Source: Minisyncoccota bacterium
GTDB lineage: Bacteria > Patescibacteriota > Minisyncoccia > Phycocordibacterales > UBA9973
DNA length: 64,000 bases
Assembly: GCA_041674285.1 (NCBI GenBank)
Contig: JBAYVZ010000003.1
Span: 20,606 to 84,605, forward strand
Direction: 5' to 3'
Made by a program: the position numbers and the translations under genes. This document shows, one piece after another, positions 1 to 8,576 of the stretch; the stretch's first letter is position 1; each line of letters starts with the position of its first letter. The notes below the pieces were generated by a model. The model was not told the origin of the DNA, made no database searches, and worked only from the letters and a program-made list of their open reading frames with translations.

Positions 1-167
1 TAGAGACTGCTCGCAATGAAGCGATAGCACTAATTCAAAAAGATCCAAAACTCTCATCGTCACCTATCCTGCTACAAACTGTCGAACAAAAAAATATAAC
101 AATGCATTTTGAATAAAATAAAACACCTCGACCTAGGTCGGGGTGTTTTATTGATAGAATTATTTTA

Positions 168-629
168 TTAGAAATGCATAAAACCTTTACCTTTTCCTTG
201 CTTACCCTTGCCCTTCTTGTCTTTCATCTCTGTCATCTTTTTTTGCATAGTAGATAGTCTTGTATCAGCCTGAGCCTGAGTGATCACACCCTTTGATACT
301 AGTGCCTGGAGCTGTTCCTTCATCTTTGTAGCATGAGTTGCTTGCATCTTTGCTTTTAATGCTTCCTCTGTTACCCCTTTTGTCTTGGCTAATTCAATAA
401 ATGAAATCCCCTTTGCCCATGCATCTTTTACTTCATCTGCCGTAGCACCGATCAGTGTCGCATGCTCGGCAAACATCGTAGAATGATTTGTAGCTATCTG
501 ATCTGGAGTTAAATTCTTGTTAAATCCTCCACCCATTCCCCCACCAAATGCAGATGCACTACCAGCAGAGAGTAGCATAGCCAGAGCCAATGCAGACACA
601 CTATAACCTAGTATTTTCTTTTTATTCAT
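168..629 (-). CDS. Secreted hypothetical protein (signal peptide, Lys/Gly-rich tail); possible target of the upstream ECF sigma
   Basis: MNKKKILGYSVSALALAMLLSAGSASA signal peptide; start moved to ATG 629; hairpin terminator at ~121-149. Confidence 0.7.
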   Translation of the reverse strand: MNKKKILGYSVSALALAMLLSAGSASAFGGGMGGGFNKNLTPDQIATNHSTMFAEHATLIGATADEVKDAWAKGISFIELAKTKGVTEEALKAKMQATHATKMKEQLQALVSKGVITQAQADTRLSTMQKKMTEMKDKKGKGKQGKGKGFMHF

Positions 630-713
630 AATTTTATATTTATTATTATTAATGTACGATGATATCTTTCGTACATATATTATTACAATGATAGATATAA
701 AATATTTCAAAAA

Positions 714-1271
714 TTATTCAATTACTGCTCTTGGCATTTTTTCCATTCTCCTGTCAAATCTCTCTATTTTCTTTTTCTCTTTTATATCTCCACGATAGTA
801 TTTATGCATAGGACCTATCACCGGTGGACGTCTATCCTCTCCAATACGAGCCAGCCGAAAATTCACATCAAACATATGCACCACAAAACCAATTAGTACA
901 ACTAAACTTACTAAGCCAAATAAAATATAAGCCAATGGTTTTTTATAAACAAAAGCATGATCTTTGACTAGTACATACAGCACCATGACAAGTGTTATAG
1001 ATAACATCACTATAATCCATGGGATAGATGTCATGAGCATCTTCATCCCCCGTGGACTCAAATCAAATAGATTAAATAAATCTTTTTCATGCAAAACAAG
1101 ACCAATAAAACTAAGCAAGTATACGGTCGCAAAGAACACCACACTCACGAGCAATATATTTAAAACAATCTTCAGCATAAAATACCATCGTGGCTTCATG
1201 TGTATCTTGCCAGATTTTATTGATTCGATTATATTCTCTTGTATTGATTTGTGTTCCATATTATTTTTCAT
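714..1271 (-). CDS. Membrane protein, putative anti-sigma partner
   Basis: Three hydrophobic segments; overlaps the stop of the ECF sigma gene. Confidence 0.6.
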   Translation of the reverse strand: MKNNMEHKSIQENIIESIKSGKIHMKPRWYFMLKIVLNILLVSVVFFATVYLLSFIGLVLHEKDLFNLFDLSPRGMKMLMTSIPWIIVMLSITLVMVLYVLVKDHAFVYKKPLAYILFGLVSLVVLIGFVVHMFDVNFRLARIGEDRRPPVIGPMHKYYRGDIKEKKKIERFDRRMEKMPRAVIE

Positions 1272-1833
1272 ATACAAAATTATTATCTTTTAATATTTCC
1301 CTTAGTTTATCTTTCCCTCTTTTTATACGTACCCCTACCGTGGACACCGGGATCTCGAGCACTTGAGATATCTCCCGATAGTCCATATCTTCAAAGAAAT
1401 ACAATATCATCGGTTCTCTGTATTTCGGATCAATTTCTTTGAGGTGCTTATCTAGTAATTTAGAAGTGAATTCTTTTTCAGAAAAATCATCCGCCGTCTC
1501 GGTCGCCACAGGCTGTGGGAAGAATGTATCCAGATCAAGAGAAAATATACGAGAAGAAAGCTTTTTCTTTAGAGCGTTCACAAATTCATTGTGGGCTATA
1601 CGATATATCCACGGGGAAAAAATCTTGCTATTATCAAAACTTTGAATATTTGTATAAGCTTTTATAAACACATCCTGAACGAGATCGTCTGTATCTGATC
1701 TATCGAATAGGAATTTACGAGAATACCTTTTGAGTTTGGCCTCGTATCTATCTACCAATTCTCGGAAACTCTCAATATCCCCTGCTTTTACTAGTAGGAC
1801 AATCTGCTCATCTGTTTTATCAGAATGTATCAT
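1261..1833 (-). CDS. ECF-type RNA polymerase sigma-70 factor
   Basis: Region 2 DLVQDVFIKAY...FSPWIYRIAHN; region 4 DYREISQVLEIPVSTVGVRIKRG. Confidence 0.93.
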   Translation of the reverse strand: MIHSDKTDEQIVLLVKAGDIESFRELVDRYEAKLKRYSRKFLFDRSDTDDLVQDVFIKAYTNIQSFDNSKIFSPWIYRIAHNEFVNALKKKLSSRIFSLDLDTFFPQPVATETADDFSEKEFTSKLLDKHLKEIDPKYREPMILYFFEDMDYREISQVLEIPVSTVGVRIKRGKDKLREILKDNNFVYEK

Positions 1834-1869
1834 TAATATATATTACAACTTAAAGTGGATTTTATTTCA

Positions 1870-3021
1870 TTAGTGGCTATGCCCATGAGAATGAGAGTGG
1901 CCAGTTTGACCCTTGAATGTTCGTCCATGTAGCATCCATACAGATATAAATGTAGTGATCGGGATAGCCAATATCAAACCTATAGAACCTATGAGGGTGC
2001 GGATTATCTCTGAGGCAAACATCTCGCGGTTGATCAATGATATAGATGAACCAAAATTTGGAAAAGAAAAAAGCACGAGCAGTGGTAGTGCTACACCTAC
2101 GTAGGCAATAGCAAGTGTATTCACCAGTGCCCCGATATGTTCCCGGCCGATACGCAGTGATCTAGCAAATACATATGATTTTGATAATTTTGGATCAGCC
2201 CTCCAGAGCTCCTCTACAGACACAGCTTGGCCTATCGCACTATCATATAGTACACCGAGCAATCCAATGATAATCCCACTCAGTAGTAAGCCCTGCAGAT
2301 TGAGTGTACCCCTAGTATTTAAAGCTAGATACGTAGCCTCGTCAGAATCCATACCAGACAGACTAGCGACATGCACTGCTATATAGGCTAGTACTCCGGT
2401 GATCAATACTGTGACGATCATCCCGAGAACTGCACTAGAGGTAGTACGATTGAATCCGTGCGTCACATATGACCCGACTACGATGATGAGCGACGCCACC
2501 ACTGAGCTGACTAGAAATGGTGAAGACCCTGCCACTATCTCCGGGATAAGAATATAAAAAATTAATAGCAATCCACCAATCAGAGAGAGCAGACCACGTA
2601 TACCCTGCCATCCACCAAATATCACAGTTAGAACAACAAACAAGACAGTAAAAAATATTATGTACGGCATACGATTCACATCAGATACGGCATAGATAAT
2701 TTTCCCACTATCATACCTAGTTATCTTACGAGCATAAAATTTTTCTCCTTCTTCTAATTGAAGATAGTCATTCTCAAATATTACGTCATTCTCTGTGCCA
2801 TCCTCTTCGTAGATACGAGCTCTTATCCTCTGAGAATCAGACTCCTCGTCCAGGCCCGGCAATACAGTCTTGCCACTGGACATGATTTCTAGAACTTTAG
2901 CTTTTAGTATCTCCTCTTTGTCTGACTGAATAGTAGCCCCACTCACTAGTACTGGAGATAGAGAAAAAGAAATCAGAAATATAATAAAAATATTTTTTAA
3001 GCTTTTGAGCATTTTTTGCAT
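1870..3021 (-). CDS. YibE/F family membrane protein with His-rich C-terminus
   Basis: IIGLLGVLYD, IGREHIGALVNTLAIAYVG and EIIRTLIGSIGL motifs; tail HSHSHGHSH. Confidence 0.88.
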   Translation of the reverse strand: MQKMLKSLKNIFIIFLISFSLSPVLVSGATIQSDKEEILKAKVLEIMSSGKTVLPGLDEESDSQRIRARIYEEDGTENDVIFENDYLQLEEGEKFYARKITRYDSGKIIYAVSDVNRMPYIIFFTVLFVVLTVIFGGWQGIRGLLSLIGGLLLIFYILIPEIVAGSSPFLVSSVVASLIIVVGSYVTHGFNRTTSSAVLGMIVTVLITGVLAYIAVHVASLSGMDSDEATYLALNTRGTLNLQGLLLSGIIIGLLGVLYDSAIGQAVSVEELWRADPKLSKSYVFARSLRIGREHIGALVNTLAIAYVGVALPLLVLFSFPNFGSSISLINREMFASEIIRTLIGSIGLILAIPITTFISVWMLHGRTFKGQTGHSHSHGHSH

Positions 3022-3422
3022 AGACCAAATAATTCAAATGAATGACTGTTTATCGACGCAAAATCTTTGGCCTGAGACAGGGCCTTCTTTATCAAATCAC
3101 TAGACCCGCAACCTACGAAATCCGAGACTTTTTTGCATGAAGTACATACAATGTGATGGTGGTCATGCTTTTCATCTACTAGCTCAAAATAAGGAACAGA
3201 ATCCTGAAGGTCTACTTGTCGTACCAATCCTGCTTCTTTAAAAGATGACACGATACGATACAATGTCACTTCGTGAGCATTTGACGATTTTATCTTACTA
3301 GCAATATCCTTTAATGTTAAAGGTTGATGAAAAGAATGAAAAATACTAAACAACTCAAGCCTTTGGTCTGTGGCTTTTAGATTTTTATCTCTTAAAATAT
3401 TCTTTAATTCTTCCAAATTCAT
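2997..3422 (-). CDS. Fur-family transcriptional regulator (Zur-like)
   Basis: T.QR...TLYR wHTH; HDHHHIVCTSC and CKKC motifs. Confidence 0.92.
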   Translation of the reverse strand: MNLEELKNILRDKNLKATDQRLELFSIFHSFHQPLTLKDIASKIKSSNAHEVTLYRIVSSFKEAGLVRQVDLQDSVPYFELVDEKHDHHHIVCTSCKKVSDFVGCGSSDLIKKALSQAKDFASINSHSFELFGLCKKCSKA

Positions 3423-3459
3423 CTTCTAATTATACAACAAACAGTAAAATACAGGGAGC

Positions 3460-4200
3460 CTAACCTATAAACACCTGGGATTCATCATGGTGATCATCCT
3501 CACCCCCATGAGTATGAGGCACGAGCACCAATGACATAGTCAATAAAAATGCACCTAGCAAGAATCCTAAGAGATAATCCTTTGTATATTTAGCATGGGA
3601 CAAATCTTGGAAAACTTTCCAAGATACGATACCAGCAGAAACTGCTATCAGTATTGGCTCCACCACTTCACCCACATCTCCACTTATAAACAAGGTTGCG
3701 AAAATAGACAATGATATGAAGATAGAAAAGAACAAAGCACGAATAGGCTTTACACCACTCTCTACTAGGAGTACCTGTTGGCCAAATTGCTGAATAGTCT
3801 GATGCCCCAATATCCCAAACATAGCTACGAATCCCCCTGCAGAAACAGCAATACCATCTACTGCATTGTGGAATATATCAGAAATAAAGATTCTTATTGT
3901 ACTTGTTTTATTGTGTATATGCTTTGATTCTGATTCAGAGTGGTGATGGTGGAATTCTTTTACGAATAGTCCGATAAAGAAACTCCCCAGTAATCCAGCT
4001 CCATACCAAGTGATAGTCCCCTGCAATCCAGAGTCCGCCAATGATTCACGAACGAGGAGGACAATAAGTGCTAGATATACACCTATGGCAAAACCCCGAA
4101 CCCAATCCTTTTGGAAAAAAGATGGATTCTTTGGTAAAAAGAAAACTAATAATGCGGGTAATATACCAGCTAGAAACAATTGAATAAATAAAATACTCAT
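3460..4200 (-). CDS. ZIP-family metal (Zn) transporter, divergent
   Basis: His-rich loop HHHHSESESKHIH; TM4 SDIFHNAVDGIA. Confidence 0.8.
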   Translation of the reverse strand: MSILFIQLFLAGILPALLVFFLPKNPSFFQKDWVRGFAIGVYLALIVLLVRESLADSGLQGTITWYGAGLLGSFFIGLFVKEFHHHHSESESKHIHNKTSTIRIFISDIFHNAVDGIAVSAGGFVAMFGILGHQTIQQFGQQVLLVESGVKPIRALFFSIFISLSIFATLFISGDVGEVVEPILIAVSAGIVSWKVFQDLSHAKYTKDYLLGFLLGAFLLTMSLVLVPHTHGGEDDHHDESQVFIG

Positions 4201-4243
4201 AATTTAAATACAATAATATTAATATATTTGAGTATAATCTAAA

Positions 4244-4258
4244 TGCAATTTTTTTGCA
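4244..4258. promoter_or_regulatory. Candidate Zur/Fur operator TGCAA-N5-TTGCA
   Basis: Perfect inverted repeat in the promoter region of the ZIP-fur-yibE operon. Confidence 0.45.
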
Positions 4259-4338
4259 AGTAGAAAAATTACCATTCGCTCTTAATTTAAATCTTCCATA
4301 GAGTTTAATAAAGATAGTAAGGATGAAAAATACAAATA

Positions 4339-5091
4339 TTAGTTTTTATATTTATATATTTTACCATTTTTAAGATCCACAACAGTATCAGCAAGAGAAC
4401 CCCAAGTGAAAGGAATGTTCAACCTGTCTGCAGAACTTTCAATAGTTATTTCATCAAGGTAAATTTCGTCACCATATGTTTCAGATAAATTGTTATATTC
4501 ATGTTTATCTTTATATTGAGTATAAATTGGTATTTCATTTAAAATACAATACGCAATAAGCTCCCCGGGGATAGTGGTACCGACTACCGCATCTTTTCCT
4601 TTTGGTGTTTTAAATTTATATTCATTATATTCATCATTTAGATAAACTTGTTTTGGATAGAAATGAGATTGTTCCAATATTTTTTTAAATTTCTTATTTT
4701 TTGGTCCCATTATTACAAGAATTGATTCTGGGTTTTTTGTTACCCATGGATTTCCACCAAAGAAAGTTGGAATATCATTATGAAAACGGAGCTTAGCTTC
4801 AAGACTAAATTCAACATTCTTTCCCGCTTGCTGTGATGCACTACCCCAAACATGATTAGGATGTGCATGATCTAAAAATTTTCCATCAGTCATTTTATCT
4901 AATAAGTTAAATAATTTTTCAGTAGATTCAAGCTGCTCTTTTTGAGCTTCATAAATACTCAAAAAACCGTTACCAATTTTTTGATAATAATCCTTTATCT
5001 CTTTTATAGTTTCCTCTGGAATTTTTTCTATATTAAAAGCACTTTTTTCAAGGCTATTTTTGCTTGGTTTTGGAAATTGATCAAATTTCAT
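4339..5091 (-). CDS. Hypothetical protein
   Basis: Long AT-rich ORF; start placed at MKFDQF, just after the tRNA. Confidence 0.65.
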   Translation of the reverse strand: MKFDQFPKPSKNSLEKSAFNIEKIPEETIKEIKDYYQKIGNGFLSIYEAQKEQLESTEKLFNLLDKMTDGKFLDHAHPNHVWGSASQQAGKNVEFSLEAKLRFHNDIPTFFGGNPWVTKNPESILVIMGPKNKKFKKILEQSHFYPKQVYLNDEYNEYKFKTPKGKDAVVGTTIPGELIAYCILNEIPIYTQYKDKHEYNNLSETYGDEIYLDEITIESSADRLNIPFTWGSLADTVVDLKNGKIYKYKN

Positions 5092-5095
5092 CTTG

Positions 5096-5169
5096 TCCGC
5101 CTGCTTGGATTCGAACCAAGGACCCCAGAGGTATAAGCTCTGTGCTCTAACCAACTGAGCTACAGGCGG
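5096..5169 (-). tRNA. tRNA-Ile(UAU)
   Basis: Cloverleaf CCGCCTG-TAGCTCAGTTGGTTAGAGC-A-CAGAG-CTTATAC-CTCTG-...GGTTCGAATCC-CAGGCGG-A; anticodon TAT; CCA not encoded. Confidence 0.93.
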
Positions 5170-5217
5170 ATCTTAATCCCTACATACTAACAAAAATATA
5201 GGGATTAGTAAACAGAA

Positions 5218-7116
5218 CTAAACGGTTATAATTTCTGGATCTTTTAATTTCGGCTTTATTCCATGCTCAATTATTATCTTGTTGTATTCATCTTGCTCGA
5301 GAGTCTCTACCTCTATCAATTTCTTTGCTATAGCATCTAATATATGACGGTTCTCGGATAGGACCTTGCGGGCTACTTCTAGTGAATCATCCATAATTTT
5401 TTTCACTTCGCCATCTATCACCGCGCTCATCTTTTCAGAATACTCCTTATCATTCACTCCACGGCCGAACAAGGTCTTGCCTCCATCACTCTCGAGAGCT
5501 ATCGGACCGATACTATCACTCATACCCCATCGTGTGACCATAGCACGAGCTAGATTCGTTGCGACTTGTAGATCATTTGAAGGACCAGTAGTTATATCCC
5601 CTAGTATCATCTCCTCGGCTACATATCCACCGAGTGACATTGCTATATCATCGAGGAATTCTTTTTTACTTTGTAGCTTTCGATCTTCTAGTGGGAGCTT
5701 TAATGTATATCCACCAGCGCGTCCACGAGACACTATAGATGCTTTGTGAACTGGATCTGCGTATGGGAGTACTGATGCTACTAGTGCATGTCCTGCCTCG
5801 TGATATGCAGTGATTTCTTTTTCAGCTTTTGAGAGGAGGTGACTCTTGCGCTCTGGGCCCATCATCACCTTTTCAATAGAACGTATCAAATCATTTTGAG
5901 CTACAGTCTTGCGCTCTTCACGAGCAGCGAGGATCGCAGATTCATTCATCAGTGAGTACAAGTCGGCGCCAGAGAATCCGGGAGTTCTTTCTGCTATCAC
6001 CTTTAGATTCACATCTTCTGCAAATGGCTTCTTGCGAGCGTGGATAGAGAGTATCGCTTCACGATCAGATCGGTCAGGTAGGTCTAGAGTCACCCTACGA
6101 TCAAACCGACCTGGGCGTAGAAGTGCTGGATCGAGGACATCTGATCTATTTGTAGCAGCCATCACTATCACCTTTTCTGTCGGCTCGAATCCATCCATCT
6201 CCACTAGTATCTGATTGAGTGTCTGCTCACGTTCATCATTGCCGCCGCCGACACCCGTACCACGCACACGACCTACTGCATCTATCTCGTCGATAAATAC
6301 GATAGATGGTGAAGCCTTCTTGGCCATCTTGAATAGATCACGCACACGACTTGCTCCGACACCGACGAACATCTCTACGAATTCAGATCCAGACAGGTGG
6401 AAGAATGGCACCTCTGCCTCCCCTGCTACTGCACGAGCAAGCAGTGTCTTTCCAGTACCTGGATGTCCTGTGAGTAGTACTCCCTTTGGAATCTGCGCAC
6501 CGATATCTAGAAACTTTTTTGGATTCTTTAAAAAATCTACGATTTCTTCGAGCTCCTGCTTTGCCTCCTTTGCACCGGCCACATCTTTGAATGTTACTTT
6601 ATTTTTCTTGTCATCAGGATTTGTAATTCTTGCTTTTGATTGTCCAAAAGTAAAAGCTTGCATACCCTGCCCCTTGGCCTGGCGAGTCATCATCCATAGG
6701 AAGAATCCGATCAGTAGTACTGGCAATAGGAATGGCAAAATATTCATTAGCCAATACGTAAATCCACTCTCAGTCTTTACCTCTATCGGAGTAGTTGCCA
6801 ATTTTTCTGGAGTCACTCCATAGCGAGTCAGAGTTTCGGACATTGAATTCTCTAATTCCTTCTTTGTCTCACCCACTGTCTTGTCTTTGAATGTGACATT
6901 TACATCACTACCAGAGACCTCGATCTTCTCGATAGTGCCAGCATTTACCCCACTTGCCACATCGGCAATAGTCAGCTTCTTTACCTCTACCCCTGGTTTT
7001 GAGAGTGCACTGTAGGCAAGAGTTATCGCTACAAATATAAATATAGCTATAAAGATTTGTTGGCCAAATTTCGGTAATTGTTGTTTATTTTTCGATGTTT
7101 TTTTATTATTATCCAT
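5218..7116 (-). CDS. ftsH: ATP-dependent zinc metalloprotease FtsH
   Basis: Two TM helices, Walker [17 protein letters not shown]. Confidence 0.98.
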   Translation of the reverse strand: MDNNKKTSKNKQQLPKFGQQIFIAIFIFVAITLAYSALSKPGVEVKKLTIADVASGVNAGTIEKIEVSGSDVNVTFKDKTVGETKKELENSMSETLTRYGVTPEKLATTPIEVKTESGFTYWLMNILPFLLPVLLIGFFLWMMTRQAKGQGMQAFTFGQSKARITNPDDKKNKVTFKDVAGAKEAKQELEEIVDFLKNPKKFLDIGAQIPKGVLLTGHPGTGKTLLARAVAGEAEVPFFHLSGSEFVEMFVGVGASRVRDLFKMAKKASPSIVFIDEIDAVGRVRGTGVGGGNDEREQTLNQILVEMDGFEPTEKVIVMAATNRSDVLDPALLRPGRFDRRVTLDLPDRSDREAILSIHARKKPFAEDVNLKVIAERTPGFSGADLYSLMNESAILAAREERKTVAQNDLIRSIEKVMMGPERKSHLLSKAEKEITAYHEAGHALVASVLPYADPVHKASIVSRGRAGGYTLKLPLEDRKLQSKKEFLDDIAMSLGGYVAEEMILGDITTGPSNDLQVATNLARAMVTRWGMSDSIGPIALESDGGKTLFGRGVNDKEYSEKMSAVIDGEVKKIMDDSLEVARKVLSENRHILDAIAKKLIEVETLEQDEYNKIIIEHGIKPKLKDPEIITV

Positions 7117-7233
7117 CCCGTTAGAGATAGGTAATGCTTACATTACCGTATCTTATTAATATATATTAAAAATACGACATTCATTTTATAAATCACCCAA
7201 AATTAGAAAGATAACAAGCACATCTCTAACGGG
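7117..7233 (-). repeat. Start-codon-abutting inverted-repeat element, copy 1 (117 bp)
   Basis: Terminal IR CCCGTTAGAGAT/ATCTCTAACGGG; internal bulged hairpin; related copies at 14029 and 28018. Confidence 0.9.
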
Positions 7234-7308
7234 AGACATAAGTCTTTGTATTATATAGTACAAAGGCCTATTTGACAAAATAACTCAAAAGGTGTATAAT
7301 ATACTCAA

Positions 7309-7419
7309 ATGACAGACAATAAAGAACCTCATTTCTTTGCCACAACAGGCAAACAAATGAGTTTAGCTGCACTCGCAACAATAATAGTAGTAATACTATT
7401 TCTGGCCTTCTGCGGCTAA
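7309..7419 (+). CDS. Small (36 aa) single-pass membrane protein
   Basis: MTDNKEPHFFATTGKQMSLAALATIIVVILFLAFCG; TTGACA(7272)-17-TATAAT(7295) promoter; hairpin terminator at ~7430-7460. Confidence 0.65.
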   Translation: MTDNKEPHFFATTGKQMSLAALATIIVVILFLAFCG

Positions 7420-7484
7420 CCGGAAAATCTTGGACTGCCATTTATGAGCAGTCCAATTTTGATTATTGTGCTAATATATAAAAT

Positions 7485-7925
7485 ATGGTCACATTTATAG
7501 ACAATAGAAAAGCGCACTTCAATTATGAGGTGATAGAAAAGTTTGAAGCCGGAGTAGAGCTCCTAGGCTTTGAAGTCAAATCTATCCGAGCTGGGATGGT
7601 CAATCTCGCAGGGGCATTTTGTATTGTACGAGGTGGCGAGGTGTACCTGATGGGTATGCATGTCACGCCATATCAAGCCAAGAATACTCCACTTGATTAT
7701 TCACCTGATCGAAACCGCAAACTTTTATTGAATAAAAAAGAAATAAAAGAATTGGGCGATGCAGATAAATCAAAAGGTTTGACTCTAATTCCCCTATCGC
7801 TATATAGTAAGGGGCGTACGATCAAGCTCGAGCTAGGAATCGCAAAGGGTAAAAAATTGCATGACAAGCGCGAGAGTATCAAGAAGAGAGACACTGATCG
7901 TGAGATCAGACGAGAGTATAAATAG
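7485..7925 (+). CDS. smpB: SsrA-binding protein SmpB
   Basis: NRKAHFNY, EAGVELLGFEVKSIR, KGKKLHDKR; adjacent to tmRNA. Confidence 0.97.
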   Translation: MVTFIDNRKAHFNYEVIEKFEAGVELLGFEVKSIRAGMVNLAGAFCIVRGGEVYLMGMHVTPYQAKNTPLDYSPDRNRKLLLNKKEIKELGDADKSKGLTLIPLSLYSKGRTIKLELGIAKGKKLHDKRESIKKRDTDREIRREYK

Positions 7926-7956
7926 TTTGAAAGTTTTCTTTGAGAAATAAATATTT

Positions 7957-8343
7957 GGGACTGACGGGCTTCGATAGGAAGTGCCATCATACTTGTGCAT
8001 GTAGAGTCCGCAGGAATCTCTTTAAACTTCTTGCAAAAGACTAAGTGCAAATAAAGTCGCTGCGGTAAAATCTCCATACGCTGGAAATTTTGCTTTCTCA
8101 TTCGCTTAATTATTTAAGCCCGTGAGATGTCAGGCTTATCGACATCCGATAAATAAGCTCTGGCATAATATATCGGGTTACGGAATATAGACAGCTTGAC
8201 TATATTCCCTACAATTAAGAGCTCGGTATGTATTCGTATTTCTTATTCTCTAGGATACATATTTAAAACCAATCGAATAAGATAAACATGTAGACTCATT
8301 TATGAACATTTTTTACACGGCGGTTCAACTCCGCCCAGTTCCA
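7957..8343 (+). ncRNA. ssrA: tmRNA; tag ANKVAAVKSPYAGNFAFSFA* at 8047-8109
   Basis: Acceptor GGGACTG/CAGTTCC with G3-U wobble; T-arm GGCGGTTCAACTCCGCC; resume context TAAGT-GCA; follows smpB. Confidence 0.93.
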
Positions 8344-8560
8344 CACGTAAAAACATTTGCACCCATCAGGGTGCTTTTGTTTTTTGTGTGGAACTGAACG
8401 AGCAAACTACTTTTCTCGTGTGGCGGAGGTGAAAGACTTTTCATTATTTTGTATCAACAAAATTGAAAAGTACCTGCCGATGTAGTCGGCAACAAGCGTA
8501 CTCGCGGTCCGCAGTTCCACAATTTAAAACATTTGCACCCATTTGGGGCGCTAATGTTTT
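8336..8560. repeat. Duplicated tmRNA 3' end plus terminator
   Basis: CAGTTCCACA at 8336 and 8512, inverted copy at 8387; AAAACATTTGCACCCAT present twice. Confidence 0.75.
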
Positions 8561-8576
8561 GTAGTATAATCCCCAT

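Noticed and set aside
5092-5154. N-terminal extension of ORF 4339..5154
   Set aside because: It overlaps the tRNA; the real start is more likely 5091.
5366-6823. Long antisense ORFs opposite ftsH, and similar ones opposite rpsE, tuf, clpP and rny
   Set aside because: Shadow frames of conserved genes with no independent coding signal.
7117-7233. IR elements as integron attC sites (GTT/AAC cores, extrahelical base)
   Set aside because: The order is GTT...AAC rather than RYYYAAC...GTTRRRY, the consensus is not met, they precede core genes, and no integrase or cassette array is present.
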